Numbered from the whole stretch's first letter, positions 18,627 through 30,677 are shown. The stretch is 63,887 bases of DNA, filler included, from Chrysochromulina tobinii (GCA_001275005.1; 7 parts of 7 records of this genome joined end to end with filler, not necessarily neighbours in it); one strand, 5' to 3'. Notes: generated by a model from the letters alone, not told the origin. Made by a program: numbers and translations.

Positions 18627-21600
18627 ATCGAGCTCGAGGGCTACCGCGCGCCGAAGGCGAAGCGCAACGTGGTGCCGCCGCAGGCGCTCGAGGCGCTCGG
18701 CGCGACGATCGGGCTTCATCGCACGAAGTACGACGATGCCACATGGGACATCACGTTCCCGAACGGCCACACCTGGCTGGCGCTCAAGTACAACGGGTTG
18801 CTCTTCGGCTTCGTCAAGCTCGATGCCCAGGAGAACGCCGAGGCCAGCGCGACCGAGGCCGAGGAGCTCGAGGCGACGATGAAGCGCGGCGACGTGCCCG
18901 CTCACGTGTGGGCGGCGCGTCTCGTGACCGGCGTCGACGGCCTGCAGGCGACGCAGAAGGCAGTGCTCAACATGAAGATGAGCAGCCTGACGCCGAGGGC
19001 GATGCGCGCCATCGAGATGGACCGGCACCGCCGAGGCAGCGTAGCGAAGCGCGTCCCGACGAACGCCAAACGCGACGTGACTACGCGCACGTTCGTTCCG
19101 GGCAAGGTGTTCGTGCTCGACGCGGCGACCTACCCGGCCCACGGCGTCGTCAAGCAGATCCCGGACCGCCGGGGCGCGGCGCCTCCCACGTGCATGATGC
19201 ACGCCTGGGACGACAGCCCCTCCGACTTCGGCTGGTGCATGAACATGTCCACGCACACCGTCGACGACTGGCTCGTCTTCATGACCATGGTCGTCGTCGA
19301 GGAGAAGGCGTTAGGGCACACGGTCGACGAATTCAAGCTCGACCGGGGCCCCGAGCTCGACTGCGACGAGCTCAAGCGTCGTGTAGAGGCAACGCTCAAG
19401 GTCAAGGTGACCATTGGCCCCTCGGGCGAGCACGAGTCGGTGCACAAGGCGGAGGCGCACATGGATCCGTGCAACCGAGCGACGGAGGCCATGATCTCGA
19501 GGGCGAGGCGCAACCTGGGCGACAACGTCCGGCGCTTCATCGCCCTCGCCCGCAAGTACGCGGTGTGGCTCGCGGTACGCCGCCCGGCCAAGATGGGCGA
19601 GCCGACGAGAATGCAGCGCCACACGGGCAAGGTCCCAGACTTCGGCGACAAAAACGGGATGATCCCCTTCGTGTTCGGCTCGAAATGCGTGAGGCTCAAG
19701 GACGAGAATGAGCGCATCGGCTGGAAGGGCGCGGGCAATCGCGTCGCCGATGGCATTTTCGTGGGCATCGACCACACCTCGTACCTCGTGTACAATCCGA
19801 CGACCAACAGGATCACCCTGGAGCCGTACATCTGGCCCCTCGACGAGTTCGAGCTAGCCACAGACGGCACGGCGGCGGGCGCGCTGAAGCACGACGTCGC
19901 CATCCAGTGCGAGCTGAGCACGGCGGCGCCCCTCGTCATCCTGCCGAGCGCGATCAAGGCGCCCAAGGAAGCGCCGCCGCCGGTCACACAGGCGGACGCG
20001 CCCGTCGGCACGCGCCTGACGGTCTTCTGGAGAGGCAAGGGCACAGCGGATCAGTGGTACGCGGGCACGGTCACCAAGATCCACAAGACGGCCAACGGGG
20101 AGCTGCGGCACGACATCGTCTACGACGTCGACGGCGGCATGTACCCACGGCACGATCTCGTCAACATCTGGAAGTGGAAGCGCCTAGACGAGCCTGCGAC
20201 AGACGTTCAGCCCGCGCAAGCGCCCAAGGGAACGCCAGTAACGCAACAGCCGGCGTCGGAGGCGCCCAACGCAAGCCCGACGCAGCAGCCGGCGCCGTCC
20301 GCGCCCCCGCCGCCTTCGACCGACGCCGACGGCTGGATCACGCCGAACAAGCGGCGCACGACGCGCGTCACCAAGCAGGCGGCACAGGCGCAGGAACCGC
20401 TTCGCCGCTCGAATCGCGTGCCCGGGCTCACCGCCAAGGAGATCAGCGTCGCCGAGGTCGTCATGTCCGCGCTCGAGCGCACCGAGGCAACGCCGATGGC
20501 AGCGCAGGCGATCATCGACAACGTCATGGGCGACACCGCGCCCGAGTCGCAGAAGGGCGACTCCGTCGTCGACAAGCTCGCCCGCGTCACGGACGTCGCC
20601 TTCGACTGGAAGGTCGACCACGGGTTGCTCCTCGACTACGGCGACGAGGCGAACGTCGTTCAAGTCGAGTACACAACCGAGTCGGGCGAAAAGGCCATGC
20701 ACGACGAGCCCCGGGGCCTCGCTCAGGTGCTGGCATCGCCCAACCGCGACAAGTGGCTCGAGACCAGTCGCCTGTCGTGGGAGGCGCTCGGCGCGCAACG
20801 GGGCAACTGCATGAGACGCGAGGACGAGGCCAAAAACGAGGGCCCGATCTTCGACTGCGTGTCGGCGTTCAAGGTCAAGAAGCACGCCGACTCGGGCAAG
20901 ATCGATCGATGCACCGTGAGGCACAATCTCGACGGCAACCGCGGCCAGTTCGTCCTCAAGAAGATGAACATCGACTACGGTGTCCCCAAGTCCTCGACGG
21001 TCCTAGACGACATAGTCTTCAAGATGATGGTCTCCGATGCCGCGGGGCGGAAGCGCACCAAAACCAAGGCGGACGTCTCGAGCGCGTACACCAACGCGAA
21101 GACGACACGGGGCAAGCGCTTCCTTCGCTGCCCGGCCACCTGCCAGCAGTTCGACGAGGACGGCACGCCACTCGTCCTCGAGTTGGGCCCGCCGCTCTTC
21201 GGTGAGCCAGAGGCGGGGTACGAGTGGCAGGCGACACTCGAGGCCGATCTCAAGGAGTTTGGCTGGACCAAGGTCGAGAACGTCGAGTGCTTGTGGCACA
21301 TGAAGACCGCCAAGAGCGACGCGCTGCTCGGGACCATCGTGGACGACCTCCTCGTCACCGAGAGCGAGGGCTACGACATCACCGACGCGACGATCGCCTT
21401 CCTGCGCAAGAAGTACAGCGGCGTCAAGGCGGAGCACGAGCCGAGCTCCTTCGCGGGGTACAAGATCGAGACCTCCGCGGATCTCTCCGTCTGCACTCTC
21501 TCGATGCCGGACCTCATCGAGGAGAAAATGAAGGAGCATCTCCCGGAGCTCATCCCGGCTAAGGCGCGCGCCGAGTTCAAGGCGAAGCACGGCGGCGGCA

Positions 21601-21681
21601 AGCTCGAGAAGATGGCCGACTCTCTCAAGATGGAGGACCGCCCGCTCAACGGCAAGATGACGAAGCACGGCAAGTTCACCC
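18627..21681 (+). mobile_element. Ty1/Copia LTR retrotransposon pol fragment (integrase - SH3 - Tudor-like - RT), open at both contig ends
   Basis: Integrase precedes RT, the Copia order. DDE candidates: FVLDA, KLDRGPE, HKAE. SH3 motif VFGSKC...GIFVG..SYLVY. RVT_2 motifs ADVSSAYTNA, LFGEPEAGYEW and IVDDLL. Confidence 0.9.
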
Positions 21682-21781
21682 NNNNNNNNNNNNNNNNNNN
21701 NNNNNNNNNNNNNNNNNNNNNNNNNTTAATTAATTAANNNNNNNNNNNNNNNNNNNNNNNNNNNNNNNNNNNNNNNNNNNN
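21682..21781. other. Artificial contig spacer
   Basis: N44-TTAATTAATTAA-N44. Confidence 0.98.
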
Positions 21782-22134
21782 CCTATCGGGTCGCGCGCGC
21801 GCTATTTTCACGCGGGCGGTTAATCTCAGAGGCTTCCCTCCCGGTGTTCCAACGGGGGTGGGGAAGAACTTCACAGCTGGGGGGGCGTGCGTGAGTGTGT
21901 TGAACACACCCCGACCTCACAACCCCGAACCTCGCACAGCTGTGTGGCTGTGGGAACTGGGAATAAGTTCCTGCTCGGCTTCAGGGTTCAGGCCGTCAGG
22001 GTCTTTTTCGGGTCATTTCCGAATTTCGCGATCGCACCGTATCCGGTATCAGGTATTTGACTGAGTACCTCCGCTCGATAGGTGCCGAACGTTGGGAAGT
22101 TGCTAATACAACCGTCCGCACCCAGCACTGAGAC

Positions 22135-24411
22135 TCAGAACTGAGACTCAGAACTGAGACTCCGCTCAGAAATGACGATTCCGGAAGTGATTCGCCTCGC
22201 CTCCTCCATGCTTACAAGTAGGCTCTTGAGCGGCATCCGGTGCGTCACAACGAGATCCCTAGCAGCCTCCTCGGAGAGCCGCGCCAACGCGCCCACGCTC
22301 CCAGCCCCAGCGGCGCGAAGCTTCTCTGCTCGCGCGCGGCCGATCCCCTTCAGGACGCTCACATCGTCTTCAGCGTTGGCGAGCACGCGGGCTGCTCGCG
22401 ACCCGACCCGCTCAGTAGGTGCTGCTGGCTCAGTAGGTGGTGGGAGTGGAGCGGTGTCAGGGGCTTCGCTGCCGGTGACCTCCTCGGCCATCGGCACTCG
22501 GGCATTCCCAGCCATTCTTGCTCTCTTCTTCGCTCCACTCTTGCCCCTCTCCCGATCGGGCATCTCCGTAGGTCTCGCCACCCCTCGACCGTTACTTCGG
22601 AGAGCCAGCCCGCGGTCAGCGGCCATTCGCTCGACCATGGCATCCAGGGCGACCGCCATGGTACCGCGCTTTGCCAGCCGCTCCGCCTCGCGCTCGCGCA
22701 TAAACTTTTCGTTCACCTTCTTCCACTTGTCCTGGCGCCGCGACCTCAAGTCAGCAACGGAGGCCTCGGCCACCGCCACCGCCGCTTCTCGTGCCGTCTC
22801 CTCCGCTGCGCGTCGCACCTGCTCCGCTTGGCGTCGTGCGTCCTCTGAAGCCGCATCTCGATACCATTCCTCGAGGCACGCGTGGCGCAGGCAGGCTTCG
22901 ACACCCGCTGGCTCAATCCGTACCACGTGGCAGCGCTCCGGCGATGCGGGTAGCCCTTTGCTGCTCCGTAGCTGCAGTGCCGCCAGCGCGCTGCCTGCTG
23001 CCGCGGCCGCCTCGTCGTCGGCCTCCCCGGGGCACCTAAAGACCGTCAGGAGCCTCGCATGCGCCGCCGTCATCTCCGCAGCTGCCAAGAGGCGGGTCGC
23101 GCCCACGACGGCGCGTTGGCCCTCGGCATCGAGGCCCCCGCTCATAGCGCCGAGCTCTCGCGCCACTCCTTCGGCCATGCCCTCCCAGGCGGTCACGGTG
23201 GCAACGGTTGCAGCGGTAGCAGCATGGACGTAACTGTCGTAGACGTCGCTGCCGCCTCGCCGGCGCCGAGCGGTGGCAGCGGTGGCAGCAGTGACAGCAG
23301 CGGTGGCAGCGCTCTCTGCCCAAGCTTCCCGCCACAAGTCCCACGATGGCCAGTAGGAACCCTCGTCTTGCTCCTCGGGCTCCGAACCCTTTCCACCCTC
23401 GTCGCGCGGCGCTCGGCTCTCCTCATCCGCCGACGGTTGCGAAAGGACCTCTGGGCTCAGCAGCCACACGTCGAGCGGCGCAGCCACGACCGAACGTGTC
23501 GGCCCCGCCTCGAGTTGTCGAGGCAGCAGCTCCGACTCGATGAGCGTCCGAACAAAACGAGCGAGTGCGACGGGGGGCAGGAAGGGCCCGCCAGGTAATG
23601 CGAGGAGCAAGCTCGAAGCCTCATCACCGCGATCGCCATCGCTCGCTTGCCAGCAGACTCGCGCGAACCTACGTAGCTCGGAGGGCGATGAGAGCAGCTG
23701 GCTTAAGGCGCTTGCTAGCTGCTCAGCGCCCGCATGTGCACCCGCGGCCGAAGCGGCAGCACACACGAGCGCACCTTCGAGATCCAAAGCTGGCGGGATG
23801 CAAGCATCGTCCAAGGCTTGTGCGAGGCAGCGGCTTGCGAGCTCCCACTGTGAGGACCGCGCCATTGCGCGTAGAGCAATGGCTGCTGCCTGCGCATCCG
23901 CCATGCCGGCAGCTGCTGCCTCCTCATATAGGAGTGCAGCCCACTCACCACGCTCGTCATCAGCAGCGGCGGCAGCGGTCGCGCTCAATGCGGCGCGGAA
24001 GCACACTGCGTCAGGGGCGATGCCGGAAGCAGCCAGCTCATCGAGAATGGCGGCTGCGGCTTCTCCGCTGCTGCACTGTACCAAACGAAGCTTGCACATC
24101 AGGAGCTCCCGCGTGCATCGTAAGCCATCGAGCGTATCTTTCGAAGTTTTGAGGGCAGCAACCAGGTCACCTTTTTCTGGCTCAGCTTTCGCATCACTCA
24201 ACGCAGTGAAAGCAGCGGCGACAGCAGCCTCGGCATCAGCCACGCTCGCCTCGATCGTGGCAAGCGTCGTCGGTCGAGACGCGAACATTGCAATTCGTCT
24301 GGACGGCGGCGACAAGAGGGTCAGCGATGGTCCCGATACAAACAGTGCCACGCTTCTGGACGGCAACGAGAAGAGCGCCAGCTGCAGGGCTGCAAGTAAG
24401 TGCTCCCGCAT
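22135..24411 (-). CDS. PPR-like helical protein with a C-terminal helix-hairpin-helix domain, possibly organelle-targeted
   Basis: N-terminal signal or transit-like peptide. PPR-like ILDELAASGIAPDAVCFRAALSA. HhH motif DVSVLKGIGRARAEKLRAAG. Confidence 0.6.
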   Translation of the reverse strand: MREHLLAALQLALFSLPSRSVALFVSGPSLTLLSPPSRRIAMFASRPTTLATIEASVADAEAAVAAAFTALSDAKAEPEKGDLVAALKTSKDTLDGLRCTRELLMCKLRLVQCSSGEAAAAILDELAASGIAPDAVCFRAALSATAAAAADDERGEWAALLYEEAAAAGMADAQAAAIALRAMARSSQWELASRCLAQALDDACIPPALDLEGALVCAAASAAGAHAGAEQLASALSQLLSSPSELRRFARVCWQASDGDRGDEASSLLLALPGGPFLPPVALARFVRTLIESELLPRQLEAGPTRSVVAAPLDVWLLSPEVLSQPSADEESRAPRDEGGKGSEPEEQDEGSYWPSWDLWREAWAESAATAAVTAATAATARRRRGGSDVYDSYVHAATAATVATVTAWEGMAEGVARELGAMSGGLDAEGQRAVVGATRLLAAAEMTAAHARLLTVFRCPGEADDEAAAAAGSALAALQLRSSKGLPASPERCHVVRIEPAGVEACLRHACLEEWYRDAASEDARRQAEQVRRAAEETAREAAVAVAEASVADLRSRRQDKWKKVNEKFMREREAERLAKRGTMAVALDAMVERMAADRGLALRSNGRGVARPTEMPDRERGKSGAKKRARMAGNARVPMAEEVTGSEAPDTAPLPPPTEPAAPTERVGSRAARVLANAEDDVSVLKGIGRARAEKLRAAGAGSVGALARLSEEAARDLVVTHRMPLKSLLVSMEEARRITSGIVISERSLSSESQF

Positions 24412-24844
24412 TCTCCGCGGGGAAGTGGCGCGCCGTCCGTTCCGTTTGAGTTCTCGGCCAGTCGCTCTCCCGCTATAGCCACGGAATCGTGAAATGGCGT
24501 GGTGCGCACGCGCGGCTCTCTCTCACCGCCCGGCACGAAATTCAAGCAAGTCCAAAAATAGACTTGACGTGACTTCTAATTCACTCTGCGGGGGTTCGCT
24601 GTTTGTGGCAGCAACTTTCATCGCCTTTCACTCTATTTCGGCTAAGCGTGATCATTCTCCGCCTGTGGGGTCGGGCTATAAATATGACGTACGTACGCAT
24701 GGCGCATCGCTTCGGTCTGTGTGTGCATGTAACATTGAAGCATGATGATGTTGAGTTCATGACGGTCGTATGAGGTTCAGAATCGTATCACGGAATACAC
24801 GGATCCTAACCCTTATATGCAGATCCGGATACGCTCGCAGGGGA

Positions 24845-25834
24845 TCATAAATCCTTCGGTTTCGCGTACCTCTCGCCTGCTCTCGTCGGCGCCACGTCAT
24901 GAACCAAATCTTTGAGCGCGGCGACCTGCTCGTGGCTGCACCCGTGCTTGACGCCCTCAAACACGCGCGCGTCGACGCCGACGCCCGCCTGCTCGAGGGC
25001 GGCTACGAAGACCTCGCCGCATTCGGGCAGCACCGTCGGATCTACGCTGCCATGACCGTACGTAAAGCGCGTCGCCACATTGCGGCTCGCGCGCAGTGCA
25101 GCCGTGAGCTCCACCGCCTTATCGCCAACGTACCCCGACCAGAGGGCGCAGCCGCCGAGCTTATGCGCGCATCGCGAGACGGCCCACGCAGCGACGCAAG
25201 CGCCCTGCGAGAAGCCGCCGACGACGATGCGCTCGGGCGCGATGCCGTCCGCGACCTGCGAGTCGATGATTGCTAGGATGCGCTCGACGGCGCGGTCAAG
25301 CTCGACCTTGTCGATCGGCTCGGAGCGCGTGATGGGCATCGCATGCATGTCGATCCACGCCGCGCGGGTGGACGACTGCATGATGCCGGTAGACTGCACC
25401 ATGGCTCGGATAGCTGAGATCTCGCGAACCTCAGCTTGAGGCAGCACCCACTTGACGTGGCGCAGCCCGATGTGCTTCTGGAGCCACAAGAAGTTTTCCG
25501 GCCGGTCGCCCAGGCCGTGCAGCCAGATGACGGCGGCGGTGTGGTGCGAGCGCGTCTGCGGCACGCATTTGAAAAAGAGCATGCACCAGATCTTCTGGCG
25601 ATATTCGACGGCGACGACGATCGCGATCAAGGCCACTAGCACGAGTGTGATTGGCACGCGTGCATGCGGCAGGATGAATGGCGGCTCTTTGATGAACGCA
25701 TTCCGTGCCCAGCTCACCAGGTCCGCCTTGACATCTGTGGGGATGAACTCGACCAAAAGTGCAGCTGTGGCCGTCATGGCGAAGGCCTTGAAGACGGCCA
25801 TCGGGTCGCGCTCGAAGATCTTGACGAAGGGCAT
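24845..25834 (-). CDS. Phospholipase/carboxylesterase (acyl-protein thioesterase, LYPLA-like) with an N-terminal membrane anchor
   Basis: VIWLHGLGD, nucleophile elbow GGFSQG, HGSVDPTV and GVKH catalytic-triad motifs. Confidence 0.9.
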   Translation of the reverse strand: MPFVKIFERDPMAVFKAFAMTATAALLVEFIPTDVKADLVSWARNAFIKEPPFILPHARVPITLVLVALIAIVVAVEYRQKIWCMLFFKCVPQTRSHHTAAVIWLHGLGDRPENFLWLQKHIGLRHVKWVLPQAEVREISAIRAMVQSTGIMQSSTRAAWIDMHAMPITRSEPIDKVELDRAVERILAIIDSQVADGIAPERIVVGGFSQGACVAAWAVSRCAHKLGGCALWSGYVGDKAVELTAALRASRNVATRFTYGHGSVDPTVLPECGEVFVAALEQAGVGVDARVFEGVKHGCSHEQVAALKDLVHDVAPTRAGERYAKPKDL

Positions 25835-26286
25835 TCGCGCGAATCAGTATGAACACAGTCATGCTTGCATGTGAACACTCAAGCACATACACATGTTTCT
25901 GCGTGGTACCTTCACGCCAACGTGGCGAAGGGATACACGTACGGTTTTGAACAATATTACTATGCCGGAGTACATGATCTAGTAATCGTGAGTTCGTGAC
26001 AGAGCTCGACATGGCGACACGCCGACGACCGGGGCCTGTGTAGCTGTATTACCTTTTACGCTCTGTTACTGTAGAGGAGCGCGCATTCGCATTGCGCTGG
26101 CTCACTCAGCTTTTTAGCTGTTGCGTCAGACGACAGTGCACGCACACGTTCGGCGAGGCAGCAGGTACTGCGAGCCGATACGCCGCTCCCGCTTGGAACT
26201 GGCCAATGTAGCGAGCCGAGCGGCGATGCTTGTTGGAAGCATCGGCTCTAGTAGGACCCTAACACGACAGAACATTCTGAAACGCG

Positions 26287-26784
26287 TCAATGCCTGCGCC
26301 CGATTGTTCTCCACTTGTCAAGCAATTCAGTTGCCGTCGGTGCAGACACCCAGCCTGGTCGCGGCTTCGGCGGCGCAGCTTTCAAAGGTGCTTTGCGAGG
26401 CGCAGTGGTTCTCAACATGGTGTCGACCCAGTCGTGATTTTGTCCAGGGTTTCTGCTCCGATATCCTTCAGGGCATGGTGCCCTCCTGGATTTCGGCGGC
26501 GGTGGGCCATCGACAACCTCTCCCCGCGCGACGCCACCATTTGGAAACAACGGAAACGATTCCCCTGGTCCCTTTGCGGTCCCATATGCAGCGAGTTGCG
26601 TAGCGATGAGACCTTCTTCGTCTCCAGTCGGAGCCACGATGTTTTGTGGCAGAGTCACGCTCTCGAGAAGTTTCGCGTACTGGACCTTGGGAGGCTCGTG
26701 GACGCTCATGAGAAAAATCAGAGGGTCGGTCTCCTGCGCGCTGCGCTGCGGCTCCAAGACCTGCCGGTCTTCGGGCTTGATCAC
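26287..26784 (-). CDS. Hypothetical Pro/Arg-rich protein
   Basis: 165-aa ORF downstream of a TTGAC array; no domain recognised and the start is uncertain. Confidence 0.45.
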   Translation of the reverse strand: MIKPEDRQVLEPQRSAQETDPLIFLMSVHEPPKVQYAKLLESVTLPQNIVAPTGDEEGLIATQLAAYGTAKGPGESFPLFPNGGVARGEVVDGPPPPKSRRAPCPEGYRSRNPGQNHDWVDTMLRTTAPRKAPLKAAPPKPRPGWVSAPTATELLDKWRTIGRRH

Positions 26785-26817
26785 AGGAAAGTTGGAAGAT
26801 GAACCATTTTGGCTGTG

Positions 26818-26884
26818 AAGTCAAGGAAAGTCAAGTCGAGTCAAGTCAACCAAGTCAAGTCAAGTCAATTCGTGACTTGACTTG
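26818..26884. repeat. Degenerate (AGTCA)n array with a short inverted GACTTGACTT copy
   Basis: Directly visible; same unit as 4422-4451. Confidence 0.8.
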
Positions 26885-27438
26885 GCTGTGAACTGGCTGT
26901 TAACGCATCGACATCCGAAACGCCAAACGGCCTATTGCGGAAACGGCGCGGTGCCGGTGGCCGGTGCGCGCGGTGCGCGCCGGCGCGCTGCGCCTGGCGG
27001 GCGGGCCCGCGGCTCGCGCGCCGTATCGAGCTCTATCAAGCGCTCTGGACACTACACACAGGTGCCGAATCCCGAAAGGCCGTTATGTCCTTATGAAAGG
27101 GTGGTGCTGTGCGTGGGTGCCGTCCTCAGTAACGAGTAAGAGTGTAAGACCTCGCCTCCACACGGTGTACACACTGAAGCAGGTCCCACAGCAGTCAGGC
27201 CCTTACTGCTTACAGCGAGGCGCAGCGCGACAAGCGAAGCACAAGACTGAAGACGATCCGGTCCGATCCGCGCGGTTCAGACACGGAGTTGACTCGTGCG
27301 GACTACGTGAGGACTATCGCGAAACACAGCCCCGCGAACTGTCGTCATGATGGAAGAGAAGAGAGTTTGCAGCGCGCTCGCGCTCGTTCGGCGCTCAATG
27401 AGAGAGCTCTTGCTCTTGCAACTAGCGCATCACATTCA

Positions 27439-28285
27439 TCATGCTGTTGAGGCAGCCCCCGGCATTGCCATCAGGAATTCCGACATGACCTCTCGGCTGA
27501 TGCTGTCGGACTTGCCAGGGAGACCTAAGACCTCGTCGATGTCGATGCTGAGACCAAAAACCCCGAAGAGCATCTGGGCCACGTTCGCCTTGGGGATCGA
27601 GTCTGGCGTGTCCTTGGGCGCCCCATTGCTGTTTACGCCCTCAACGAACTCGTTGGCAGCACGGAAAACATGGTCAGCATCATTCCGGCTACCCTTGCTG
27701 CGCACACCGGGGCACACCAAGCGAGGGGCGGCTCAGCAAAGCGTAAAGGTGCGCACGCCGCGTTGCTGTTTGAGAGCTGAGGCGCAGTGGCGAGTGAGGC
27801 CCTGCATACTTCTTGTTGTCAAGCCCCATCGTATACAGCTTCAAGAACTCGCGCAGCTGGATTTTACCGTCCTTTTCGCCCTCATCAACGCTGTCCTGCT
27901 CGCATCAGCCAGGGGGAGGGGGGTTGCGGCTGAGTAGGCGCATCGCGGCTGCTCGGCACGCGGAAGGTGAGCAAGGCATAAGGAAGCGTACAATGAGTTC
28001 TTGGAGCTCCTCGTCGGTCGGATTTTGGCCAAGGGAGTGGAGCATGATCCTAATTTCCTCGGCTTCAATAGAGCCGGACATATCGGAGTCGAGAGAAAAG
28101 AAGATCTCCCTCGCCTTCTTCAGCTCCTGCTCAGAGATCTGGCGCTGCGGCTTGTAGTCGGAGATGGTCCACTTTGCCTCGCTACTGTAGCGGCGACTTC
28201 CAGGCTGCGAGCCCAGCTTCGAGGTCTTCAGCCCAGCCTTGCCCGAGCTGCCAGCCCCCTTGCCCGAGCTGCTCTTGGGCGCCAT
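27439..28285 (-). CDS. Calmodulin/centrin-like EF-hand protein, 3 exons (28285-27992, 27895-27810, 27697-27439)
   Basis: EF-hand loops DSDMSGSIEAEE and DEGEKDGKIQLRE, plus SLGQNPTDEELQELI. Both GT-AG introns keep the frame. Confidence 0.85.
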
Positions 28286-28531
28286 GCTCGACGGCGACGG
28301 CGCGCAAAACTGTGCCCACGCCCACACGCAACGACGCCCCGGGCTCGGGAAAAGATGAGCGGCAGGGTACCGGTATCAACGCAACGCGCCCGCCCAGGAG
28401 GGCGCATCCCCGGCGAAGGCCAAAGAGTGAGAGTTTCAGCCAAGGTGCAAGGTGGGTGTTGGTGTAACTACCTTACCCGTGAGAAAAAATGGGACTTGAC
28501 TTGAATTGTCTTCCTTTTCCCTGCCGCGAGA

Positions 28532-29559
28532 ATGGCCGTGTCACTCGTGCTCGTCGGCGTATTGCTTGCTGTGTTCGGCCAGTTTCTTGGTGCCACTTCG
28601 ATGCTACTGATGAAGCGTGCCTCTGTCATCGAAGCTGAGGTTCCCTTTTTCCGGCGAAGACTTTTTCAAGCGGCGTTCGTGCTCTTCGTTTTCAATACTG
28701 TCGTCCTGGATGCTGCTGTGTACGCACTGGCGCCGCTGACGATCGTCGCACCGATCACAGCGTTAGGAATCGTTTTCGTAAATATTGGAGTGGCCAACGG
28801 CATCTTCGTGGAGCGCGAAATCTTTGGCCCACGCATGCTGCTGGCGAACGCGCTCATCGTTGCCGGCCTCGTCGCTGCTTGTGGCTGCGGCCCGCATGTC
28901 AACACGACGCCCACGTTGCCCGAAATGTTTGCGTTGGCACGCGCGCCAGCCTTCCTCGCGTACGCGGCGGCGGGTCTTACCATCGCACTTTCATTCTGCT
29001 TGGCGCTTTGGACGGGATGCTTGCCGCCGCGGTCGCCGCTCAAGACCGTGTGGTGCGCTCTGGCTGCTGCTGTCTTCGGCTCGTTGTCTGTGCTGTGCTT
29101 TAAGGGAGTGGCCACGGTTGTGCGCCTGGCCTTCGAAGGTGATGACCAGCTACAAGAGCTCGGCACGTGGGTCCTCCTCCTCGGCGCTGCCGTGTGCGCG
29201 CCAGCCAATGTCACCCTCATGAACCTCACCTTCGAGATTAGTGACGCCAACTGTACGCGAGAGGCGATCGAATTTCCATCGATCTTTACCTGCTCTAACG
29301 TCTCCCGCGTCCGATACTTTGTTGCGCAGACGGCATGCCGCTCTATCAGGCGCTGCTCATTACCGCCACCATCGTGTCGGGAGGCCTCTTTTACGATGAA
29401 TTCGGCATCTGGGGGCAAGAGGCACTGGCGCAGGGGCAGCCGGAGTTGGTTGTTGGCTTCATGCTCGGCGTCGTCACGCTTCTGGCGGGGATCGTGCTCG
29501 TTGCGTTGAGTCCAACACCACATAAGCACGTGGACTCCTCGAGGCCTCCAATGTTGTGA
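28532..29559 (+). CDS. NIPA-family magnesium transporter; intron 29253-29329
   Basis: YALAPLTIVAPITALGIV and GSLSVLCFKGV motifs. The spliced product reads ANYGMPLYQALLITATIVSGGLFYDEF. The intron has GT, a CTAAC branch site and CAG. Confidence 0.85.
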
Positions 29560-29992
29560 GATATGTGGCGGAGCGGTGACGGCGCGCGCTTCGCCCTCCG
29601 CGCCGCCCCCGCATCGCGCATGGGCCGGCTTGCGCTTGGGGCTTGGGCGAGTCGCTCAGTGAGTGAGTACGCGCCTGCGCCCTGGGCGGGAATAGTGTGT
29701 GAATCCAGAAAGAATTCCTGCCCTGTAGCCCCATTGGGTCAAACACTGTGACACAGTGTGCTGCAGCACCAGGGCCCAGCGGCATCGACACGGCACCACG
29801 GCACACGCTACAAGTAGTCACTACCGGCCCACAGCACATGCGATGAACCAAGTCCGCAGGTGTCATGGACAGTAAGACGCAATTTTCGCGTGCCAGCGCG
29901 TGGCAGTCGACGCGCGGAGACGACGAGTGTGCAGCGCATCCGCATGCAACCCTCGTCGACAGCCAAGACGGCTTCAATCAGTGTGCACCACT

Positions 29993-30677
29993 TCAGCCCT
30001 TCCGGAACTTGCCCCAGATCTGCGATGCAAGGCAGCATTCAGGCATACGCTCAATTCAAGGGCGAAGTGGTAATGGGGCGGGCGCGCGGGGTCCCTGTTC
30101 GGCGGGGCGGCACGCACGTGAAGCAGCACGACGAAGGCAATGAAGAGGAGGCTGAGGACAAGCACCGTCGTCGGGCCACTGCAAAAGGAACGCACACGAG
30201 CGCGGCTGGTGAGCTAGCCGACAGACGTGCAGACGAACGAGCGTCCGCTCGCAGCCACGGCCGCCTTGAAAGAGCATTGGCCGATCGCAAAGGCACGCGC
30301 GGCCACAGCGGAGCAAGGGTGCTGCAGTGTGGAAGGCCGACGCGTACATTGCGAAGCCGGGCGACTCTTCCGTGTAGAAGCGCAGGACGCCGGCGCCGCC
30401 CGGACCGCCGCCGGCTGCCCTGCCGCTGCCAGCAGTAGAACGCCTGGCGACGGTGCCGCGCGCTGCAGGCTTCGCGCCCACGGGCCGCGATCCACTGGTG
30501 GGACGCTTTGCGAGCGTTCCAGAAGCGCCAGCTGGCTGACCCTCTCCCGCCTGCGCGGTCGCATGGGCGCGTGACAGGGATGTCGAGACGTGTCAGCAGA
30601 GCGAACGCACACGCGATCCGAGCGGAGCAGGCTGGCGCAGAGCGCTTGTCAGGCAGGACCGCGAGCTCAATCACCAT
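29993..30677 (-). CDS. SEC61B: Protein transport protein Sec61 beta subunit, 4 coding exons (30677-30675, 30550-30348, 30178-30118, 30019-29993)
   Basis: The spliced product is MAGEGQPAG...[43 protein letters not shown]. All three introns are GT-AG and keep the frame. Confidence 0.93.

Noticed and set aside
29474..29977. Cys-rich ORF suggestive of a zinc finger or DHHC domain
   Set aside because: No DHHC motif is present, and it lies in the convergent 3' regions of the NIPA and Sec61-beta genes.
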